This document shows positions 25,000-39,510 of a DNA stretch of 64,000 nucleotides, in pieces (position 1 is the first letter of the stretch; the number at the start of each line of letters is the position of its first letter). Position numbers and translations under genes: made by a program. The DNA comes from the human T2T-CHM13v2.0 reference genome, Homo sapiens. The stretch lies in the NCBI RefSeq assembly GCF_009914755.1, contig NC_060930.1; one strand, written 5' to 3'. The notes below the pieces were generated by a model. It was not told the DNA's origin, made no database searches, and saw only the letters and a list, made by a program, of their open reading frames with translations.

Positions 25000-26087
25000 A
25001 TTCTAGTTCTTTTTCTATTTCTACCACATCTTCAGTGACTTTCTCCATTGAACTCTTGAACCCCCTCAAAGTCACCCATGAGAGTTAAAATCAATTTCCT
25101 TCAAACTCCTGTTTATATTGATATATCGACTTCTTCCCATGAATCGTGAATGTTCTTAATGGCATCTAGAATTTGAAATCCTTTCCAGAAAGTTTTTAAT
25201 ATACTTTTCCCAGATACATGAGAAGAATCACTATCTACGACAACTATAGCCTTATAAAAGGTATTTCTTAAATCATACAACTTGAAAGTCAAAATTACTC
25301 CTTGACACATGATCAGCAGAATGGCTGTTGTGTTAGCAGGCATGAAAACAACATTCACCTCCTTGTACATCTTCATCAGAGCTCTTGGGTGAACAGGTAT
25401 ATTGTTAATAAGCAGTGATATTTTAAAAGGACTATTTTTTTCTCAGCAGTAGGTCTCAACAGTGGGCTTAAAATATTCAGTAAACCATGCTGTAAACAGA
25501 TGTGCTGTTGTCAAGGCTTTGTTCTTCAATTTATATGGCACAGGCATAATAGATTTAGCATCAGTGTTAAGAGCCATATAAATTTGGGATGGTCAATAAT
25601 CATTGGCTTCAACTTAAAGTCACCAATTACATTAGCCCCTAATAAAAGTAAGTTTGTCTTTTGAAGCTTTGAAGCCAGGTATTGACTTTTCCTGCCTAGT
25701 TGTAAAAGCTGTTAGGTGGCATCTTTTTCTAAAAAAAAAAAAAAAAAAGGGTGTTTTATCTCCATTGTATATCTATTGTCTAGTGTAACCACCTTCATCC
25801 ATCATCTTAGTCTAATCTTCTGGATAACTTGCTGTAGCTTCTACATCAACACTTGCTTCACTTTGCACTTTCATGTTGTACACATGGCTTCTTTCCTTAA
25901 ACCTCACAAACAAACCTCTGGTAGCCTCAAACTTTTCTTCTACAGCTTCCTCAACTGCCTCAGCCTTTGTATAAATGAAGAGAGTTAGGGTCTTGCTCTG
26001 GATTAGGCTTTGGCTTAAGGAAAGGTTGTGGCTGGCTTGATCTTCTATGCAGACCACTCAAACGTCCTGTAAATCAGCAAAAGTCTG

Positions 26088-26119
<32 letters not shown>

Positions 26120-26337
26120 CTCTGTGTGTGTGTGTTCACTGGAATAGCACTTTTATTTTCCTTCAAGAACATTCCCTTTGCTTTCATGACTTAACTAACC
26201 ATTTGGTGTAAGAGGCCTTGCTTTCAGTATATCTTGGATTGGGACATTCCTTCCTCACTAACCATAGTTATCTCTAGCTTTCAAATTAAAATGAGAGGCC
26301 AATAACCCTTCCATCCACATGAATACCTCGAGTCCAT
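25000..26337 (-). pseudogene. Degenerate Tigger1 transposase (CENP-B-type HTH + DDE)
   Basis: ORF pieces 25812..26057 and 25113..25376. Multiple disruptions; the catalytic-region motif QPMDQG reads LIMCQG here. 3' limit approximate. Confidence 0.85.
26091..26135. repeat. (TG)n microsatellite expanded within the Tigger1 transposase gene
   Basis: Direct reading; interrupted by 'tctc'. Confidence 0.95.
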
Positions 26338-26770
26338 TGTAAGGTTATTAATTGGCCTAATTTCAATATTGATGTGTCTCAAGGACTAGGGAGGCCCAAG
26401 GAGAAGGAAAGAAACAAAATAATGACTGGTCAGTGTAGCAGTCAGAACACATACAACATTCATCAATTAAATTCACTGTCATATGGGTATGGTTTTTGGT
26501 GCCCAAAATTAATTATAATAGTAATTGTAATTCATCAAAGAACCCTGATGACAGATAACCATAACCAGATATGACAATAATGAAAAAGTTTGAAATATTG
26601 TGAGAGTTACCAAAATGTAACACAGAGACTCAAAGTGAGCACCAGCTGTTGGAAAAATGGTGCTGAGAGACTTACTCTACGCAGGGTTGCCACAAATCAT
26701 CAATTTTTTAAAAACACAATCTCTGTGAAATGCAATAAAACAAAGTGCAATAAAACAGGGTATGCATGTA

Positions 26771-27000
26771 TGCCAGATGGTGATAAGTATTATGGAGTAA
26801 AATAAACAGTGTCAGAGGATAGAGAGTAATGGAGGAGAATGTCTTACTCTATTAAATTCAGTGATGAGGAAGGGCCTCTCCGATAGGAAAGGATGGTGCC
26901 CTTCTAGCATAGATCTAGTTGGTGAGAAGGACAATGCACGCAGATATCTGAGAGGAGAGAGTTCCATTTAGAGAGCAGAATACACAACAACTCAGAAGTT
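26771..27000 (-). mobile_element. L2 fragment, continuing the L2 piece at ~23500-23598
   Basis: 'cagatggtgataagtattatggagtaaaataaacag...ggaagggcctctc' is L2a-like. Confidence 0.7.
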
Positions 27001-27699
27001 TGCATTTGCGATGCCTAGTAATTGGAATATAAAAATGATAACAGATCACTAAGAAGGAGGAAGAAATCAATTCCATCACATGCTTCGTAACATTTCTTCA
27101 CCCCTCAATTTTCCCAGTCATCCTCAATTTTCACTGTTGGATAACCTTTTTAAAAAGATAATAGCTTCTGAATGGCTTCTATGGAGTTAAATCTCATAAA
27201 GTATAATATATTAAGCTACTCATTACTAATTAAACATTTTATCTTTTATCAAATATTTATTAAGGCCATCTTAAAACCAAAAAGTTGTTTTGAAAATTTT
27301 AGGTTTTATTTCAGTGACAGACCTGAAATGCAAATATTGATTTTCAGCTATTTGTCAAATAAAAGTACTGTATTCAGCTGGACATGGCACAAGCCTATGA
27401 GTGGTCAAGGAAGCTTATATTCCTGAAAGAAATAGCCATAATGAATAAATACTAGTACTTCAGGCCTGTTACCTGTTAACACTCTCCAAATAAATAATAA
27501 CTCAGGTCTTCAATTCTAATGAAAGACCAACACTCTTAAAGAAGAGAAATTCAGGCTCTATTGCCAAACTTAAAATGAATCATTGCTTTATTTTCACCTG
27601 AAGAAATACCAGAATTCTATGATTTTGGAGTATCAGCTTATTAAGAACTTTTTTAAACATTGCACCTGGGAAAGTGTCAGATTGCTTCTTGCAACGTGT

Positions 27700-27985
27700 T
27701 CAACAGACGGTGAGGAACTGAAGCCATCAGTCCAACAACTCATGAAGAACTGAATTCTACCAAGAGCCACTTAGGCTTGAAAGTAGATCTCTTCCTTTTT
27801 AAGTTTAAAGATTACTACAGCCCAGATGGCAGCTTGATTATAGCCTGTGGGAAACTCTGAAGTAGAGGCTCCAGTTAATTGTACCCAGATTACTGACCAA
27901 TATTAACTGTGAGATAATAAACATGTTTTGTTTAACCTGCTAAAATCCATAGTTATATATTATGCAGCAATAGATAACAAATACA
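27700..27985 (+). mobile_element. MLT1E/F-like LTR, 3' half
   Basis: 'gaggaactgaagccatcagtccaac...aactgtgagataataaa...ttatgcagcaatagataacaaataca'. Confidence 0.8.
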
Positions 27986-28969
27986 AATCATCCACCCCTA
28001 CAGAGGAATTAGTCTCAACCTGACATCACCAAATGGAGTGAAGCTAGTATTTGTTTTAACAAAGATTTCCAAATAGATCATCACTTTAGATATCTGGATA
28101 CTACAATTTCTCACTAAATCAAATATTTAAAGCCAAAGTGAAAAACGTGACAGATTGAATACATCTTTGATCAGGGATATTTCAGTGTTGTTGCCTCCAA
28201 CACAGAGGACTTAATACATGATGTTGCCATTTTGTATATCAACATTGTATTTGCTCTTTTTTAACTTAGAAACCAGGCTGAGGAAGAAAAGAGTCAAATA
28301 TATGGCATTTTATACATTCTAAGCATCTACAAGTTCCTACTGATAGGGTTTGGAGAACTGTTGAATAAATTTTACAATAAGCACACAGATATGTAATTGA
28401 GGTCTATTTTATTTTCATTCTGTTCTATACCATAATGGCTCAAGGCAGATAGCAGAAGACAAACTTTGGCCAACTAGTAAATTACTGGTTGACTCTAAAA
28501 ATATTAGGCTCTCCTGAGCCTGAATCCTTGCTATTGGTTTCTGCTTCGTTTGCTATGTCAGCAAGGGTAAAAACAGAAAGCAAGAAAACGAATTCTCCCA
28601 TGCATGTCAAAGGATTGTTTATTCAACAGAACTGGAGGCTATCAAGGTAGTCTGATGTTGAAGTGACAGAAAAAGTGACTTCCTATGTGACACAAATCAG
28701 AGAAGGAGTCAGAGAAGTCCCTTGCCTATCTAGCACTTGCTTTGTTCATCTTTTTATTATGAGAGGTTATTTTTAAATCTTGAATCCTTTTTAAACATCC
28801 CCTATTAAAATGGATATGTACTTGGGAGGAGTCACTGTAATTTTTTATCAATAAAAATTGAAGTATTAAAAAAACAGGAATGGTATTAGATAGTCTTTTG
28901 GGACCAACCATTAGAAGCAGCAGGCACATAAATATCTACTGTAGTTCATGGCCAAGGGAAAGGGACTGT

Positions 28970-29383
28970 TTCTATGGTTTAGATGCGGTTTGTCTCCCAC
29001 CAAAACTCATGTTGAAATTTAATTCCCAATGTGATAGTGTTGGGAGGTGGAATCTATGGTATTTGGATTATGGGGGAATCATCCTCATGAATAGACTAAT
29101 GTCAGCTTGAGAAAGTCAGTGAGTTTTTGCTCTCTTGAAAATGGACTAGTTCTCTCAAGAGAAAAAAACCTAGACTCTCCTGCGTCTCTCTTTGCTGGTT
29201 TTCCTTTCTGGTTTCTGCACTGAGTTGAAGCAGAATGAAAGCCCTTGCCAGAAGCCTAGCAGACGCCAGTGCCATTCTCTAGGACTTCCCAGCCACTGGA
29301 ATCATAAGCTAAATAAACTTTTTTAAAAAACAATTACCCAGTCCCAGTTATTCTGTTATAGCAACACAAAATGGACTAAGACA
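28970..29383 (+). mobile_element. MSTC/MSTD-like solo LTR
   Basis: 'ctatggtttagat...ccaccaaaactcatgttgaaatttaattcccaatgtg' ... 'tattctgttatagcaacacaaaatggactaagaca'. Confidence 0.88.
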
Positions 29384-30699
29384 GATGTCATCAACAATAA
29401 AAGCACAAAAGTGTAATGAGATCTGGTAACTTAAAATTCTGCTGATATGAATTTTGCAGCTACATCCCATCTTAAGCCTACATTCACATTAAATTCACAT
29501 TTGAATACCCATGAATTATCCTTTATGGTTGGCTCATTGCTGCAAATCCATTTGCTTCTCAAAAGTAGAACTGGAGAGTTCCTTAGAGAAATGTGACAAA
29601 TGGAAAACACTGAAACATCGATTGTTGTATCCAGAGTCAGATCCTGTAGACTCAGTAAAATTTCTATAAGAAAAAAGGCACATTGACCCACTTCCAGGTT
29701 CTCCATTCTCAAATTTATGGGGAGCAAAAAACTTTGTTGAGTACTGATGCTTATGGCTGGTAAGTGACTTGAGGCTATAAAATACAAAATGCTAAGTTTG
29801 AATGTGTTCCAATTAACTACGAAGCAAGTTCATACCATCATTTTCCAACCTCTCAGAGTATCTATAACATTAGTTGGATGAATCATGATTTCTATAATCC
29901 AAATGGTTATTACCAACTGGTACTCTATTAAAAATTTCCACTGAGTAAGATAACCTATTGCATGTGACTATATCTATAAATGGACTCTTAAGGATCTGAT
30001 TTTGACTGATTTGCTGAGTTAAATGGCACAATATTTTCACTTTTCAGAATCATTAGTCAAGTCATAATTTATTTGGGGCATAGGAAATAAAGTCTAGATC
30101 AGGATTCAGAAATTCTGTCTTTGCCTTGAGGCTTGTCTACCATGTATATAGCCAGCCTTCTAGGAACTTCAATCCATTCAGGAAGTCATTACCTTCTTTA
30201 TGAAAGGAGCTTTAGTAAAAAATAATTATGTATCTTTTTATGAGAATTTTTTTAAAGTAAAGCTATCTTAATGAAAACACTATACTGTGTAGTTAGGAGA
30301 GATAGTATTTGATTTAAAATATGTCAAATTTATTTTTTTGTTTGAGGCTCTCTGCTAACTTGGTGTCGGGGGCAGGTAGGAAATAATCTCCCCTGAGAAT
30401 CTGTAGCCATAAGCTGGCACATAAGTTTCTGGAGTGCATTAATGTTACCCATGAAATACAAAATGATGTCAAATAGAGAATTTAATTTGGTCTGCATTCA
30501 TGCTGTCCTCAAAATCCGAAATAGGTCTTAAATGTAGGGTTTATCTTAACACTATCTCAGATTACTTTTGATTGTTGGTAACTAGGAGAGACAATACAAG
30601 AAAAAAAAAGCTTAAAAACATAACCAGGAATGAGAGTCTAAAGAATCAATGTGTAACAATAAACATTAATAAAACCTATAGAATTAACCAGCTTAAAAA

Positions 30700-32030
30700 G
30701 TCTGCTTTTAAAGAGGGGTACATATCAGTCACCAGACATAGAACCAAAATAAACCTGTAGTGCAATGGTAAAAGGACACTTTTTTCAATAAATGTTGCTG
30801 GAACAATCAACTATCCATCTAGAAAAAATATATACCTGGATTCTTTCCAGATATTATAACAAAACACAACTTCAGGTGTTTAGTAGATCTAAATGTAAAA
30901 GGCAGAACGATAAAACTTCAACCAAGGAGAATATATAAATTGTATTAAAATTGTAAAAGACTTTGAAGCAAGATACAAAAGCTTCGTATTTTATTTTAAA
31001 AGTCTTGTATTGATAATGAAAAGAGATTGACAAATTACATTATAATTTAAAACTTTTATTCTCAAAAGATGCTATTATAAGAGTGAAGAGGCATGCTGGG
31101 GTAGAAGGTGTCCACAACACATATATCCAGCAAAGGACTTGTATACGAACTATATGAAGAATTCCTATAAACAAAAAAGGAAAATACAGTACTAAACCAT
31201 TTTTAAAATGAGCTAAAAATTCTAGCAGGTATTTTAAAGTAGAGTATATCCAAATAGTTTACTAGTATGGAAAGATGTTCAATGTTTTTTGTCATTAAGG
31301 AAATGCAAATTAAATCTACAATGAGATTCTATTATAGATTCATTATGATAGCTAAGATTATAAAGACTTATCAAACCAGTGTGTAAGGGTGTGGAAGGTA
31401 TTAAAATCTCATACACTGTGAGTGGACATGTGAACTTGTACTTCTGAAAAGTGTTTGGCAGTACCTTCTAAAGCTGAATATGCACATACAACATGATCCA
31501 GAAATTTATCCAACATAAATTTGTACATGTTGCTATCAAATATCACAAATATCAAATGTCATGTACAGAAATGTTTGCAGGAGCATTATTTGTAATAATA
31601 ATTAAAAATAAGAAAAACTGGAAAGAACCCAAATGTTCTTTCATAGTAAAATTGATAAATTAATTGTGGTACATTATCCAATGAACTAAATTAAATAATG
31701 AGAAATAGTGAGTTACTACTACATACAAAAACATAGATAGAACTCAAAAATGCAATATATGACAGGCTAAGCTAAGCCCATTGAGTACATACAATATGAT
31801 TTCAGTCATACAACTTACAAAAAAGGACAAAGAATAATTTCAAAATTAAATATAATATAATAGTTACCCTTTGAGGGCCGTTTCTGGCTTAACTTTAGGG
31901 AAGTTTCCGTTCTATTTCTTGATCAGGGTGTTGATTTTAAGGGATTATTCAATCTGTGACAATGTGTTGGGCTATGAACTTAGATCTATATGTTTTGGGA
32001 GTGCAAAATATGTTTAAGTAAAAGTTTACT
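30700..32030 (+). mobile_element. Old L1 (L1ME-like), ORF2 end and 3' UTR
   Basis: 'ttttcaataaatgttgctggaacaa', 'gtcattaaggaaatgcaaattaaa', 'aactggaaagaacccaaatgt'. Confidence 0.85.
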
Positions 32031-33887
32031 CAAAATTATAATACGTACATAAAAATCCCTTCTAATCACTTCATTCACATCCATCTAATTAATTCTTCCA
32101 AATCTGCCAGGTTTCCTTTTAGCTATTTCAACTTAAATAGCTAGATGATCGATGGCCCAATGTACAACTGTTTGGGCAGCCTTGCTTAGAGCAGGACATG
32201 AACTGAACAGCATGATATCTGATGTCCTTAACCTCTGCTAACTCTAAGGGTTCAAAGTTTCTTACTCTGATTATCACATTGTTATAATTTCCTTCACCTT
32301 ACAACCCCTAAATGCATACCTTACCAATGGGTTTTTTACAAGCATTTTCATTTGGAAAATAAATTTCTGCACATATCTTCACAAACCACTAAAAGAATAT
32401 TAATTTAATCTCCATTTATAAACAAGAAGGCTGAGATTCAGCATAATCAAATAGCCTCTTTAAGACCATTCAGCTGACACATGGTAGATTATTTTTCGCT
32501 TACTCATGGAAATTTTGTAAAAATTCTTAACTCACATCCTCATATCCCCATCACGTTTCCTTAGTTGGACAGAAAATTCTTCAAAGCGGAGACCATATTT
32601 TTTTCCTTAGTGTCCCTCAACAATGTGTTACATAGCTGTCAGCATGCAGTAGGTAATTAATAAATGATTCTTGAGAAATGGCAACATTCTTCAGTCTTGT
32701 CAGTATTTGGGCATCTAAAAGCACATCATTCTGAGCAAAGACCTGAATGACTAAATCATCACCTCAATTCGATAAGATATCTCATGAGCATTGTCTTCTT
32801 TGTGACATAAGCCTTTATTTAACTAATTAAAAAAGCCAGCCTATGAAGAAAGAATAGATGATATGTTATCAGGCATTAGGATAAGTAGACTAATCTTTCT
32901 TTGCATTAATGTCACTAATTACTCTCATAGGAAAAGTGCCAACATGTGTTTTTTAGTGACTAACCATGATTTTAAAATATCTGCACTTTATAAAGTGCTT
33001 GCACGAAACATCCAAGACAATTATCATGTAAATGGGCTCAAAGGAAAATCAGATACAGCAATTCACCAAGAATCTGTGTCCTTATCTAATCAGATTAATC
33101 GTCTTTCAATATGATGCTGTAAAAGACGCAAACTGAGCAAGGGCAGAGCTGGTCAGCATTTAAATGAGATTTTTCCAAAGGCAAATTCAAGGACCCAAAA
33201 TACTCTGAGAAGGAACGCCAGTATTTTCATTACTGAATCATTTTCCTCTTGAGCATAAGGAGACTTCCAAGTGCCCTGAAAGTTATTGTACTTAAAGATG
33301 CTTTTTTAAAGGTAAAATGTAAAAGGAACAATGCAGACATGTTGGTCATTAAATTTCATGTGGTGTTTTTTCTGAAGGGTATGAAGTTAAAGGCTCATTA
33401 TCATTAACATAAATATAGTTCATCTTACCCTAAGACCAAGCAATTACAGATGTCATTTTAGAAAATTCATAACACTCTTTTATAATTCTAAGACATGATC
33501 AAAGTAAATATCCGTTCAGACTATTCCAGATCCTTGTCTTCAAAGTATCACAATTCACTCACACTTCAACCATCTGGGAGTACATAATGGACCTCTATTA
33601 TTACAAGCAGTTTAGTTTTTTTCTTGAATTACAGCAACTGGAAAATTTAAAATATTCTCCTAATATACAGATTATTCTAGAATTGGCATAGCTTCTGATT
33701 CCTCCTTTCACCATCTCACCCCTTAGAGAAAAATGGTTACACTTTGCTAGAAGCACTTCCAAGTAATAATAGAACTTAAGAGAATCTTTCAGGCAAAGCT
33801 TTGGTAACTAGTTCAGGTATGCTTATCTAGATTTCTCCTATAATAGATGGCAATGTAGAAAAGAACATTACGACAACTAGAAAGAAA

Positions 33888-33922
33888 TACACACACACAC
33901 ACACAGACATACACACACCCAC
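33888..33922. repeat. Imperfect (CA)n repeat
   Basis: Direct reading. Confidence 0.85.
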
Positions 33923-35265
33923 ACTAGCACTTTCTATGTAGTTTTCTTTGAATTAGTAATCATAAAATTAAAAAATCACATTTTTACCTATAGCTCTCAA
34001 TCCTAATTTTCCACATAACCCTTGCTTTTGTTTTAAAAAAGGCCAATATGGTATGAATGGCTTTAGTTTTTTTCCTAAAATTTTATTCTGACAAATTTGT
34101 ACCAGGTAAGTACTTCTTCCTTCCTTCCCTCCCTTCCTCCCTTCTTTGCTTTCTTCCTTGTTTCCCTCCTTCATCCCTTTATCTCTCCCTCTCTTTCTCT
34201 TACACCCTTCTAAAAAGTATTCATTATTTGTGATCTAGAGAGACATCAATGAATTATAAGGAGCAAGACCCTTCCAGCTATTACCCTCTGATAAAAGCTC
34301 TTTGAGAGAAAATCAGAAATATGATAGAAACTTATATGGATGGAATTGAAGAGAGTCCCAGAAGAGGAGAGCTTTTAGCAGAGTATGAACTGATGTTCAA
34401 AATAAAACAGAATGCTTTCCTCATCTGGGCTAAATGAAAAGGGTTCTAGGAGCATCCTGTTTCTACGCTTAGGAAGATCTGTGTCTCCCTTTCTATATAA
34501 ATAATGGCTGATCTGCACAATCTCAGTTCTTCTGTATTCTGTCAGTGGAACTAGGGGCCTATGTGTTTATAGCTCATAGAGATTCAAAGTCAGGAATTGA
34601 CAAGGGTAACAAAATAGCAGGGTAAAAACAGAGGGAATAACAGACAATCTGCAATTACTAACTGGCAAAAAAAAAAAAAATGGTATGAGCATTCTGTGGA
34701 TCAATTCTATGCTACAGAAAGTAACTGGACTTATATTGCTTTGACGTGCTCAAGAAGGCAGCCTGCCTGGGCTATAAACCCCACCTGTGAAAGGCTGATG
34801 GGGTGAATCAAAGTTCAAATGCTGAGGAAGATTATAGAAGATTAACCAAAGAGTACGTCATTGGTGAATAATATAGTACATGTGTTCATGATAAGGTACT
34901 AAAGAACCAAGAAGTGAATCCCTCAAAAACACAGCCAGCATGTGGAAGCCTTAGAAAAAGAACTTTAAGGAACAAGATCAAACTTCATCACTTTTCATCT
35001 GATTCCCTCTCCTTTTTTTCTGCTCTATCACTCCCTCCAATAAAATTGGAATTTCACAGATTTCTTTCCTAACTTTTAAAGAACTAACAACAGGAGGGTT
35101 GTGGAGAAATCAAAGGGCAAGGACAAATGGAATAAAAGAATACATACATCCCACAAGTGTCCTCTGCATATTTCAAGGCATAAATTGGTAGGATTGAAGT
35201 GTGGAATTGGATGTAAAATTGAAGTTTTGATGTAAATTTGAGATTATAATGAGACCCAAAGTAAT

Positions 35266-35822
35266 TGTATTAGTCAGAGTTATCTAAAGGGACAGGACTA
35301 ATAGGATATATGTAGATGTGAAGGGAGCTTATTAGGAGAATTGACTCATATGATCACAAGGTGAAGTCCGCAATAGGCTGTCTGCAAGTTGAGGAGCAGG
35401 AAGCCAGTGGTGGATCAGTCCAAATCCCAAAACCTCAAAAGTAGGGAAGCCAATAGTGCAGCTTTCAGTTTGTGGTGAAAGGCCTGAGAGCCCCTGGCAA
35501 ACCATTGGTGTAAGTCCAAGAGTCCAAAAGGTGAAGAACTTGGAGTCTGATATTTAAGTGCAGGAAGCATCCACCATGGGGGAAAGACAAAGGCTGGAAG
35601 ACTCAGCAAGTCAAGTCCTTAAACTGTTCTTTTGCCTTCTTTATTCCAGCCATGCTGGCAGCTTATTAGAGGTTGTCCACCCAGACTGAGGGTGGGTCTG
35701 CCTCTCCCAGTACACTGACTCAAATGTTAATCTCTTTTGGCAACACCCTCACAGACACACCCAGGAACAATACTTTGCATCCTTCTATCCAACCAAATTG
35801 ACACTCAATAGTAACAATCACA
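35266..35822 (-). mobile_element. MLT2A2-like HERV-L solo LTR, complete
   Basis: TG...CA ends and a perfect 5-bp TSD gtaat (35261-65, 35823-27); 'gactcaaatgttaatctcttttggcaacaccctcacagacacacccaggaacaatactttgcatcc'. Confidence 0.93.
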
Positions 35823-36134
35823 GTAATCTAACCAGAAAGCTATGAAATATGCTTAAGATATTTTCCAGTGGTAGGGAAAGAGATTCCATGGTTCATTTTC
35901 AAGCAGTGAAAAGAAAGAAAAAGTTGGTTCCTATAGTAGTTCATGAATTTTAATACCCTCAAGAATCCAATTACACAGTACAATCTACTGATTAAAACAT
36001 GAGATTAATCAATCTCAGTATACTTTCCTAGAGTCCCAAATTTAAGAAGAGTTATATGGATACATATATGGAACATGTAGAATTTAACTGGATTCTGAAA
36101 TTCAAAGAATAAACAGATTAGGCACCTTTGATTA

Positions 36135-36479
<345 letters not shown>

Positions 36480-36669
36480 TCATGTTAGGGTGCATATATT
36501 GTAATACTGAAATTGATCAAGGGAATCCCATTGAAGATTGCATCTGCAGTAGCATCACAGTTTCACCCTGGGACATTTAGCTATAGACAAACTTTGGTAT
36601 ATAAAAGAAAAAAAGTTTTTAGTATAGCTACACAACAAAGAGAAAAATTACTGGATTTAAAAATTGAAA

Positions 36670-37555
36670 TATTTTTTGCTATTGCATTGTATGAGTTCCT
36701 TATATATTTTGGATATTAACTTATCGATGTATGGTTTGCCAATATTTTCTCCCATTCCTTCTCATTTGGTTGATAGTTTCCTTTACTATGCACAAACTTT
36801 TTAGTTTTATGTAGTCTCTCTTGTTTATTTTTATTTCTATTGCCTCTGGTTTTGGTATCAGATCCAAAATTTCATTGACAAAGCCAGTTTCAAAGAACTT
36901 GTTCCTTATGCTTTATTCTAAGTGTTTTACAGTGTCCATTCTTACATTTAAGTCTTTAATTAACTTCAAGTTAAGTTTTGTGTGAGGTGCAAGATAAAGG
37001 TCCAGTTTCATTCTTTTGTATGTTGATACCCAGTTTTTCCTGCACCATTTTATTTTTGGCACTCTTGTCAAACATTAGTTTACTATTGATTTGTGGACAT
37101 ATTTGTGGACTCTCTATTCTGCTCCATTTGTTTATGTGTCTGTTTTCATGCCAGTACTGTTTTGATTACTATTACTTTGTAATATAGTTTGAAATCAGGA
37201 AGTATGATGTTTCCTGCTTTGTTCTTTTGCTCAAGATTGTTTTGGCTATTTTTTAGTTACATATGAATTTTCTATTTCTGTGAAAAATGGCATTAAAATT
37301 TTGCTAGGAGTAGCATTAAATATGTAGATTGCTTTGGGTAGTATAGACATTGTAGCAACATTAATCCTTCTAATGAACATGGAATATCTTTCCATTTATT
37401 GTGTCTTGTTAAATTTCTTTCATCAATGTCTTTTAGTTTTCAGTGTACAGATCTTTCACACCCTCAGTTACATTTATGCTTAAGTATTTTATCCTTTTTG
37501 ATGTTATTGTGGATGAGATTGTTTTAATTTTTTCATAGTTTATTGTTAATGTTAA
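36670..37555 (-). mobile_element. L1MA/L1MB ORF2 fragment
   Basis: 'ttgtatgagttccttatatattttggatattaac', 'tttgaaatcaggaagtatgatg', 'gtagattgctttgggtagtatagacatt'. Confidence 0.9.
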
Positions 37556-37669
37556 TTGAAATTGATTTAAAAATTTTAGCCTCTAAGTCAGGAAGTGGGA
37601 AGTGGTAAAAACCCAACACCAGAGAAATACTTTCTTTAGAAATAATAGGTCCAGATCAGGTGATATTTT

Positions 37670-37897
37670 CTCGTGTTAGATACCTGGTTAGAATTCTACC
37701 TCTAACTAACTGTGTGACTGTGAGCAAGTTATTAAATCTCCCTGTGTTCAGTTCCCCCTTCCTGATGTGGTATGTGATGATAGTATCAACTTCAACTACC
37801 AACTCTCATTGCTGGACAGGGTAAATGAATGTAATAAAAGTTCTTATTATGGTGATTGCAACAAGAAAGCACTCAGTAAATGATAGCTATTGTTATT
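37670..37897 (+). mobile_element. MIR
   Basis: 'actgtgtgactgtgagcaagttattaaatctccctgtgttcagtt...aagcactcagtaaatgatagctattgttatt'. Confidence 0.85.
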
Positions 37898-38032
37898 CCT
37901 ATTATATCTTTTGACTTATAGGATGATTTTGACCTGTGTCTTTGTATTTTGCTGCATTTATGGTTGAATAAGAATCCATTTATTATTATTACCCTATATT
38001 CTCCCCCCTTCCTCCCTGACACATACACATTA

Positions 38033-38106
38033 GAGATAGACAGATAAATTAGATAGATAGATAGATAGATACATACATACATATATGATAGATAGATAGA
38101 TAGATG
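38033..38106. repeat. (GATA)n/(CATA)n compound microsatellite
   Basis: Direct reading. Confidence 0.92.
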
Positions 38107-38839
38107 ATCATTCTCTTTGATATAAAAGTAGGATAATTTAATACTACTCTAGTATCAAGTATAGCTTCAGGCATCTAGTCAAATTGAATTTGGAAGTCTT
38201 AGAGCATTTACAGTGTCACAGCACAGGCAATTTTGAGAACTGAGTGTTACAGGTTTGACTTTCATTATAGGCTCATTTTTCAGGTAAGTTACAGAAAAGT
38301 CACATTTTGTAGCTGGAAAGAGCATTAAGGCTTACTGGTGAGTTTCAAATCTCTTAAGACATATGGTAAGAAAATTATATGAACTCTCACCAAGTGTTTG
38401 AAATACATATTTGTTTACAAATTACTGTTTATTGTTCAGCTCTAAGTAACAAAATTCAGTCTCTAGCAGTAAAAATTCAGGTACTAAATTTTAAATGTCA
38501 TGTACAAAATCAGATGAAACCCCGTATCTATAAATAAATAGATATACAGACAGATAAATACAAGCTTTGTCTAAAGTGATCTTCCTATATTTCCCATCAG
38601 TTTAAAAATGGTTGAACATTTAAGTATATGATACACAGTTATATTGGTGGAATAGTATCTGTAATTAATTATTGTAAAATATTATACATGTATACAAAAG
38701 TAATAGCAATTTATAAAAATATTATATATTTTCAATATTATTTTAGCTAAAATTCAATATTGTTTTAATTAAATTTAAACTTACATTGTATTTTTGCAGT
38801 TTTGAAACATCATTTTATTAGTTTTTTCTTACTTTTAAA

Positions 38840-39510
38840 TGAAGTTTTTATTTTAGAATTTATTTAGTTTTCCAGAGAAGTGGGATAATAGAGGTACCAT
38901 ATATTCCACACTGAGTATCCCCTGTGAACAAATGAGCCCATATTGATACATTATTATTAACTAAAGTCCATACTTTATTCACATTCCCTTAGTTTTTATG
39001 AATGTCCTTTTTCTGTGCCAGAATCTTATTCAAGAAATCACATTAGATATAATTGTTCAGTCTCCTTGAGCTCCTTGTAGCTGTGATAGTTTCTCAAATT
39101 TCCTTTGATTTTGATGACTTTGACACCTTGGAGGAGCACTACTCAGATATTTTGGAGAATGTCCCTCAGTTGGGATTCATCTGTTTTTTTTAATCTCATG
39201 CATACACTGTGCCTATGGGTTTTGGAAAGATATACACAGGAGTAAAGTGCCATTTTCATTACATTCTATCAACTACATACTATCAACATCATTTATGCTT
39301 GTTGATGTTGGCCTTGATCACCTTGTTGAGTTAAAGTTTTTCAAATTCCTCCACTGTCATATTACTCTTTTTTTCCCTTTCTACATGCAACTCTTTTGGA
39401 AGGAATTTGCTGTGTGATCCCACAATAAGGAGAGAGAAGTTATGTTCCACCTCCTTAAGGACAAGTAACTACACAATTTATTTGGAATCTTTCTCCATGA
39501 GATCTATTAA
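38840..39510 (-). mobile_element. L1MC/L1MD-like 3' UTR
   Basis: 'tattgatacattattattaactaaagtccatactttattc', 'gttgatgttggccttgatcacc', 'gttatgttccacctcctt'. Confidence 0.85.

Larger units (their letters stand above)
23601..26768 (-). mobile_element. Full-length Tigger1 DNA transposon (pogo family), interrupted by three Alu-derived insertions and inserted into an L2
   Basis: TIRs caggcatacc (23601) and ggtatgcatg (ends 26768) with TA TSDs. Transposase remnants 'WIEDQ-like...[14 protein letters not shown]...[11 protein letters not shown]' and 'VFMPANTT'. Net length ~2.4 kb after removing Alus. Confidence 0.95.

Noticed and set aside
29431-29787. 118-aa minus-strand ORF in unique sequence
   Set aside because: It has a non-ATG start, no recognisable motif and no clear exon boundaries.
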